26,519 nt of DNA, taken from positions 1-26,519 of IMG/VR virus record IMGVR_UViG_3300012952_000111; one strand, 5' to 3'. A program made the position numbers and the translations under genes. This DNA is from a virus. Lineage: Duplodnaviria; Caudoviricetes. This document shows, piece after piece, positions 14,740 through 23,700 of the stretch. Below the pieces are notes generated by a model. It made no database searches. It was given only the letters and a program-made list of their open reading frames with translations, and had not been told where the DNA came from. Each line of letters begins with the position of its first letter. The first letter of the stretch is position 1.

Positions 14740-17700
14740 TATAGTTCAGTTAACCACCAACCTTGATATACAGAAGGAATAAAGTTATCACCATCTGTTT
14801 GTCCAACAAAAACAAGTCCAAAGGATGCATTTCTGTTTTGAACAACCAGTTCACCAGATCCATATGGTGTAGACAAACCACCCAACTTGGTTCCTGAGGT
14901 GTCTCCTTGAAGTCCTACTGGTTCACCTCCAACAATTGGAGCACGAATTACAAGTGAGTTATTGTAAGATAACGCTCCTGCAACTTCAGTGATTCTAATT
15001 ACATCACCTGTCTCAGGATTACTTGGAAGTGTTAGGATAAGTGCACCAGTGGCAGGAGCTACCGCTACAATATAATTTATATTGGTAGATAGATTGGAAT
15101 TTGCATTAACAAATTTAGTAATGTGTCCACCATTTTTATTCTTATATCCCTTATAACTAAAGGCATCAATAGATCCATCTTGCATGATGGTAAAGCTATT
15201 TGCACCATTAACACCTAGATTTTTAACATCTAGAATTGCTTGAGAGTTTGTTGGGTTAGTTCCAGCAATACCAGCAACTTCAAGTAAACGACCAACAAAT
15301 GTATCACCAAACTCAGATTCAACTCTAAATGTTGGAGTAAATGATTTGTTAGTAAACTGGATGGCATCAGGATCCTCAACACACTTGGATGGGAATAATC
15401 TCAAGTTACCACTGATGTCAGTAGCTGCGTTGATATCAAGTGCTCCACCTTCAAAGTGATGTTCCTCGTTATTGAGTAACTTAAGGATAGGTACATTATT
15501 ATCTGTACCAGTGATTTCAAAGTTAGAACCAATGAATTTAACATCATCATATACATCCAATCTACCATGGAAGTAATCTTTCTTAACCAGTGTAGTTCCG
15601 CCATCATTAGTGATAGTGCTTGTTACAAGGAAGACTTCATTATCAATAAAGATCCAATATTCACGATCAAGGAAGAATGGAACAACATCACTATTTTTCA
15701 ATCCAATCTCAACAGAGTTAGATCCAGATCCAGCAATATCACTTGTTAGAACTGTATTTTCCCTGAATAAAATCCTGAATACAGTTTCACCATCACTATG
15801 TGTTGAAGCTATGCCAGGAACATTAGTTAAAGATCCAACACGAGTAACAGGTAAATTACCAGCAGGTGCAACTCCACTAGATTGAGGAGTTCCACTAATC
15901 TGCATGATCTCTTCATTTCCACCAGATCCAAAACCAACGAAGATGAAATCGCCACTTTCAAAATTAGTAATATCATCAACAGGAAGTGTTGTAGCGTTAG
16001 CTGCGATAGTTGTTACAGTATTGACAAATGTAGTAGCAATACCGTTGTCTACCTTAGGATCTTTGAGAGCTGTGTAAACTGTAGCACCAGCAGTGTGTCC
16101 AGCAACAGAAGTTCCATATTGAGATCTATCTGCTAATACAGTACCACTTGGGTTACCAATTACTGTGTCACCAGAACATCCGTCAACTGTAAAGATGTCA
16201 CGAACTCTATCAGTAATTCTAAATTTCTCATCTTTAGTTGCGTTAAATGTGACGCCAGTTGAACTACCAGATCCTGTAAATGGAACGTTGAGTGTAACAG
16301 TACTACCGACAATACTAACAATCTGAGGATCAGTAAGTCTTACAGTTCCAGAATCTGTTGGGAATCTATTTTGATCAAGTGTAACTGTGCCACCATTACC
16401 AGTAAGTTCAACATAATCACCAACTTCAAGTCCTTCAACTGATGGAATAGAAGTAATTGTATTTGTTGTTGCTACTGCACTACCAGTAAATGCCTGAGCT
16501 GATCCTGTCTTACATCCACCAACAAAGCTGAATGAACCATTAACAGTTAACTTACCGTTCTCACCAGATACACCATCATTACCAATTATTGTGTCACCAG
16601 TTACACTGTCAATAGAGAAGACTGTATCACCGCCAGGACAACCATTAGTAATCTCAAATTTCTTATTAACTATTGCTAATGGTGTAAGAAGTTTAAATAT
16701 TTCACCCTGATTGAAGTCTCCGTCACCATTAGTGTCTTCACGAGAGACAATTACATAGTCTCTATCAACTTGTAATGTACCACCAAAGGTTGAGAGATAA
16801 ACATTTTCTTGATTAGTTGCGTCTCTAGTTCCATCAATTGCCTGTTCAATCCATGTTGCATCAAATGCAATATTACATTTATAAACAGGAGTTCTGTTGA
16901 CTGGATTTTCAGGATGATTGTCAATCTGAGGTGCAAATGTACCAAGTGGTTCCCTTTCAACAGTTAAGTAGTATGGAGCACTTCCTGCACCTGATAGACC
17001 ACCAACTGCAACACGAACAATTTCAGGTCTAGTTCCAGTTCCTACATCAACAGGAGCGTCAAGTAAAATATAATCACCTTCACTAAAGTATGTGCCAGGT
17101 GCATTTAATAATGGTAGATAATATTGCTTACCAGTTAGTGCTGGAAGGTCAGCTCCTTCAGGACCTGCACCAGTTTTGATGTCTTGGAATGTTGAGTCAC
17201 CCCAAGATGCAGAACCAGCAGTGTCAATTCTATTGAAGTTTGGATCAGAAGATACAACTTCTAGAACGTTAACAATATCAACATTTTGATTAAAGGTAGA
17301 AGGTCCTAATATACCAGATGTGTGAGCAATTGGTGTTGTTCCTAGTGATGCTCCAACACCAACAAAGGAGAAGGAAGAAGTACCACCACAGAGTTTAACA
17401 CTACTGTTGAATGTAGTCTCACCATCAATTTCAAGACTGTTTCTAATAGTAGTTGTACCACCCTGACCAGCGATGTTAACTTCAGAAGCATTTAATGCAA
17501 AGTCAATAGTTTGTGTGTTACCAGAGAAGAAGCTAACAATACCTGCTTCAGTTGATAAGGTTACAATTTGCTCAGGATTAGTTCTATCTCCACCAAGTTG
17601 CTTGAATGAACCAAATGTTACATCACCTGCAAACTTAGCTCTCTTAACTTCAAAGTCAACATATGATAGAGACTCAAGTTGGTTGTATGCACCACCAATT

Positions 17701-20700
17701 TTTGTCTTGGATATTGCAGCACTTTGAGAAAGATTACCAATAAAGATATTAGCATGGTTAGCAGTGTTAGCGATATATACAAACTGATCACCTGTGGACT
17801 TATCACCAACATAGATCCATTGAGTAGAACTGGTATTGTAATCACCAATTCTAATAGTCTTAGAGTAACCACCAATATGTAAACCACCAGTATTGTCGCC
17901 ACCAACAAATCCGCTATCGTTGAACAAGTTGACTTGTCCAGTTGTTTGAGAAGTTCTTACCTCAGCAACAGTGCCATCATCACCATTAACTTCAATATCA
18001 TGCTCAAACTTAGCATCATCTGTAAATCTAGATGTACCATCTACAACTAGAGCTCTGTCTAGTTCAGCATTGCTTACATTAATACCAACACGACCATTGT
18101 TTGTAGTAGCAACACGTAAAACTGCCTCATCATTTGGAGCAGAACTATCACCGCCAACTAAGAATGCGTTATCAATAGGAGTTTTATCACGATCAGCAAA
18201 CTGTGTATGCTGTAAGTAATCTCCAGTTGTTTTACCACTAATAAATGCATTACCAACAACATCTAAGTTTGCTCTTGGATCAGTCGTCAAATTCTCAACA
18301 AATGCATTCTTATATGCATCATGAGAAGATCTTGCAACTGTGTTAATACCTAACTTGTAATTACCAATAGTTTCTGTTTCAGTTCTGAGTGCTTCACCAC
18401 CAATTACACCAACTTCCTTAAAGTTAGCATTGGAGAATTCAATAGTAGGTTGATCAGCTCCAGTTGGGGTTCCAGAAATGATTGTCTCCCATGGTTGTGA
18501 TGACTGTGGGATTTGATCAATAACTTGGAAGTGAACATAGTTATTTGTTGGTGAGAATGGATCGCCAGGTTTAGCAGCGTAAACTGTCCAAGTTAAATTT
18601 AATCTAGGATCAAAGTAGAAGTTCTTAATTCTAATTTGAGAAGTAGAGGTAATTCCAATATCATTACCAGCTGCAAGTGCAACACCACTGGTAAAGTCTC
18701 TAAATTCAATTTTAACAACATTAGATCCGTCAAAGACAATATTGTCAATGCTATTGTTGGCAATACTTGAGAAGTAGTTAGAAAGAATCCATGCAATAGA
18801 TCCAGTTTTACCTATTTCAGATCCTTTGAATAAAACATCACCAGGAGCAGGTAAAACACCACCGTAAGTAATATACTGTGAAGATGCAATTCTAGTTCCA
18901 CCAGAAGCAATTAAATTAGTCTGATTAGGAGTAATGTTAGATGCAAGACCAGCAACAGTATGTGTCTGGAACATATATCCCTGACCATTACCTCTAGGAT
19001 TGAACTGGAATATAGCAGACTGTACTTTGTTCTTACTAATTCTAATATCACCCTCAGTTGGAGGTGAGAATGAAGTTCTATCTAATCCTTCATCTTGCTC
19101 TAGTTGAGTTACAGGATCAACAGAAGATACATTAGAACGAATGATGAGAGAATCACGAGATTGTGTTAAATCTTCATCTTGAACTGCAATAACTACAGGA
19201 GATTCAAAGTTACTTACTAACTCACCGTCACCACCAACAACTGTAATATTCTGGTTAAATGTTACAGGAGTATCAAATGTAGTGACTAGACCTCCAATTG
19301 TGTCATCCTCGTCTCCATCATCTGTAAGAGTTGCTCTATCAATGAATGTTTCTTCACCAGTAATAGCATTAATTCTTCTATTACCAATGTATAGATCACC
19401 TTGAGAGTTGATACCAGTGTAGAATACAATACCACCATCTTGTTTCTTAGACTGTGCGTAGAAGTCTTCATCAGGTGTGAGTACAACTTCTTGTCTAGCT
19501 GGTAAACCAGTTGAATAGTTACCTGGTCCGAAACCGAGGTATTCAAATGTGTGGTTTCCTGCTCTTGCGATAGATGGTCGTCTAAGTTCAATGTAGTAAC
19601 GTTGATCAGATAAGACTGTACTATCACCAGCAATAGGAATTAAACGATCTTCAGAACCAGAGGTTGCGTTACCATCTTGTGCTTTAATTGCATTTGTACC
19701 ACTATAAGTGTTAGTAATAAATGCAGGTTGATTTGTTAAATCTTCTACAAGTTCTCTAGTTACAGAGTTTTTAAAGTCATTAACTGTAACTAAACCATGA
19801 GTATAGTTGTCAGCAGCAGAGAATGAAGATGGTGGATCAATTAATCCAGTATAGTAATCTTTCTCTTTCTGTGTTGTACCAGAGTTTTTAAACCAAAGAG
19901 GATCATTTCTAAAGTTTAAAGGATATAGTTTACTGACTGGTTGAGAGAACTTAAAGTTCTTAAAGTTGTTAGTTATACCAGCACCAGTTGGGAATGGAGA
20001 AATATTACCACGTAGTGCAGTTAGATAGTAAATACCATCTTGCTGACCTGAAATACGTTTCTGTAATGTCTCATATCCAAAGATATAGAATGAATCTTCA
20101 ATAACACCAGCATCCTCAACACTATCAACATAGTATTCAACACCAGCGTCGTCTTGTATTCTATCACCAGGTGTAATAGTGTAAACGTTCGCGCCGTTTT
20201 GCTTGTAGAAAAACTGGGAATTATTTTTTGCAATTTGTGTCTTTAGAGGTAGAGATTTGCCCATATCTTGATCCTCTAGCATGTCAGCAAAGACAGTGCC
20301 TTGAGTGAATCTTGTATTTGCAAACTCACTATACTCTAGAGTTCCACCACGAATGTTCTTGATGATAATATAATGATCACCACCAGTGGTAAAGTATGCG
20401 TGAATATTAGCAAGACCAGAAGAATTACCAGCAAAGCTCACAGCATTGATAGAACTTGCTTGGTTTTCTGTTTTACTTACCTCAAAGTTACCACCTTGTG
20501 GAGCAGTGATCTTAACTGTAGTTAAAATCTCATTTCTTAAACCAGGAAAATTCTTAGAGTCAATAGTGTGATCATTAACAGTTATCTCAAGATACTTAAT
20601 GGAAGGATCAAGAGTGTCTTCTACATAACGACCAGATTGAATAGTTGCCTGAACACCAGAAGTAAATCTTGCGAATGATCTGTATTCAATAGCAGCACCT

Positions 20701-23700
20701 GTTAAATCCTTCTTATATGGATCATATTGTGCTTCACTATTAAGATTGTTAGATGAGAAGTCTGTAGAAGTGAAACCAATAAATTCACCAGCTTGTACTG
20801 GGTTTTCAAATCTAGCACCATATACTGTACCAACAACAGGTTTCAATAGAACCTTCTGAGGTACTAACTTACGTGTGTCATCAGTCCTTGTCTTAAGAAC
20901 AAATCCACTAATAGGATCTCTTGCATTCTCAAGATACTTAGGAATGACCATACGAATTTTGTATGTTCTATCATCCTTATCACGAGTATCATCAAGACGC
21001 TGATACCACATGTCTGTAGATCTTTGTCTATCACCATAATCAGACTGACTAATTCTCCAGAATATATTATTCTTTTTAACACTATCAGGTTGTCCAGTAA
21101 CTTCATCCTTACACTGAATAAACCATTTACCAGTAGTGGTAGTGGCATCAGTGAAACCAGGATCAAACTTCATTGGAACACGACGTTTGTTAGCATAGAC
21201 ATCAAAGATTAGTCCTGCTTGACCAGATGCAAATACAATTGGATCAGCACCACTAATTGAGTTTGCATAAGTTTGGTGAAGTGTAATCGTCTTATTATTC
21301 TGATATCTTACAAAGAACTCAACCTTAGGATTAATTCTACCAACATTAACATCAGCAGCATCAGTAACAGCAACGTTAGAGTTGTTTGCAAACTGACTAC
21401 CAACTAAAGGTAACTGTCCACCTTCAATCGCTCTAATGAATACTTTCTGAGCTTCACTTGCAGATAAAGATGCAGATGGTTTATCAAAGATATGAGAAAC
21501 ATCAGTTTCAATACCAGCAACAATTGAAGTACTTAGAGAAGCTCTATAGTTGTGTAGATCGTAACTATCATCCAAGATGAATTGATACATATCAATCTCA
21601 ACATCAGCATCAATACTATCTGTTTCAGATGCATAGATGTAGATACCAGCAGCAGCATTTTCTTTAGATGTTGCAAGCATCAATCTAGTTTGATCGCTAC
21701 CATCAAAGAAACTAGTACCACCATAGTTTTCTGGTTGTGTAACTCTACCTGGCGCAATCACATAGTATGTTCTGTTAGTTTCAAATCCATTAGGTAATCT
21801 AACAAGACGCTTGTCAACATCAACATACTTACCAGTTACAGTATCAAAACGAGGGCGTGGTACAAGTCTGACTGGAGTTCCAGATTCAAATTTGTGTGGG
21901 TCAGATGGGTTACCACCTGTGTCAATTGTAAATACTGTAGCTCTGGATGCAAGTAGCGCAGTGTTGACTGTTTGTTCTTGTCTAACGACTGTGCCAAGAC
22001 CACTGTTGATAATAGTAGTAATGTTACCAACTAAAGTTTCAATAGCATCAGCAGTGCCAGAACACTCTCTATAAGATGGAGAAGTTAAAGTATCCTGAAT
22101 AACATCAGGTCCTTCATTCTCAGGTCCTACAGTAACTGTGTTTGGTAGTGTGTCAGCCCATATACCATTACCATATACAAGGTAAAGATCAGTTGTACTG
22201 CTAGTTTGTAGGGCGTTGACTGTATTACCCTCAGTCAATCTAGAACCCTTAACACCAAGTTCAACTTGTGTATTACTTACGATTCTCTTGACATATGTTC
22301 CCTCAGGAATATTTGTATAAATTGCGGTTGCATTAGACTGAAGTAAACCATTGACAAATGCTGGGTTTGCAGGATCTGTTTGACCTCTGGAGTTGTCGTA
22401 CTCAACAACACTCATACCAATGATGATACCACGAGTATCATTAACATCAATTATTGCACTACCAGCAGTTGTAGAACAGTCAAAAGCAAGAACGTCAAAG
22501 TTTCTCATAGCAGCAGTTGCTATTTGACCGACGTAATTCCATGCGTCTAACGTTTCTGTCTTCTCCCCGTCAATATATTCTAGACTGTTACCAACATAGT
22601 ATGCTTCACCAGCTTGTATACTATTGACATTACCACCAAGTCTAAGGTCATTAACAATAGCATCAACGATGTATGTAACATCACGGAAACACTTAGATGC
22701 CTCGTTATTGATTGTAAAGTCACCTGTGTTTAGTACAGGTAGACCAGCAAGAGTTCCGCCAGTGACTGCATCTAAAAGAATATCATATAGAACTTCAATA
22801 GATCCACGAACGTTAGCACAATCCCACTCACCATTGCTTAGTGGAGGTAGATTGTTTAGATTACCATCATTAAGAGAGTTACATGTAATGTCAACCAATG
22901 CGTTAACGGTAGCTAAAACATCAGAGCAGTTACCATCCTGATATGCTGATGGTCTATACTTACCAGCAGATCTAGGATATGCATGAGTTGTCTTGTTCTG
23001 ATCTTTAGTACATGTAAAGATGAGTGACTCTTCTTTTAGTCTGATACTAGTTCCGACTGTAAGACTATGGTTACCAATAGTTAATGCAAGATTACCTGAT
23101 GCATAATCATAAACAGCATTAGATACGTTATGATCAACTAATGGTGATGTACCAACGTTAATTGTAATAGAAGTTGTAGTTACAGCAGCAATCTGAACAT
23201 TCTGACCAGAGATAGGATCCTTACCAGTACGAGGATAAGTTTTAGTAGTTCCATTGCCATCCATCTCACAAGAGAATGTGAGTGAGTTATCTGCTATAGA
23301 AATTTGATCACTTGTAGTTAAACCATGTGCTGATCCAAAATACAATATAAGTTGACCATTAACAGCATTGTAAGTAACATTAGCTGGTGTTAGATTACCA
23401 CCATTAAGAACACTAATAGAATTAGCAGATGAACTTACAAATGTATGGGCGTAATTACCACCAGATACGACTGCACCTGCTACAGCAGCAACAAATGTAT
23501 GTGTATCTTGATCTTGTGATGATGTCTGTCCAACATTGACTGTAATAGAAGTTTGAGTCTTAGATATAATGTTTAATGCAGTATTCCATGCAGGATCAGG
23601 ACCGTCCTGTGTTGTTCTTGATATGCCATCAAGATTACCAACGCCAGCATCAGTTCCAATTGCTTGTATGATGATACCCATTAATGTATCAACAGCAGCA

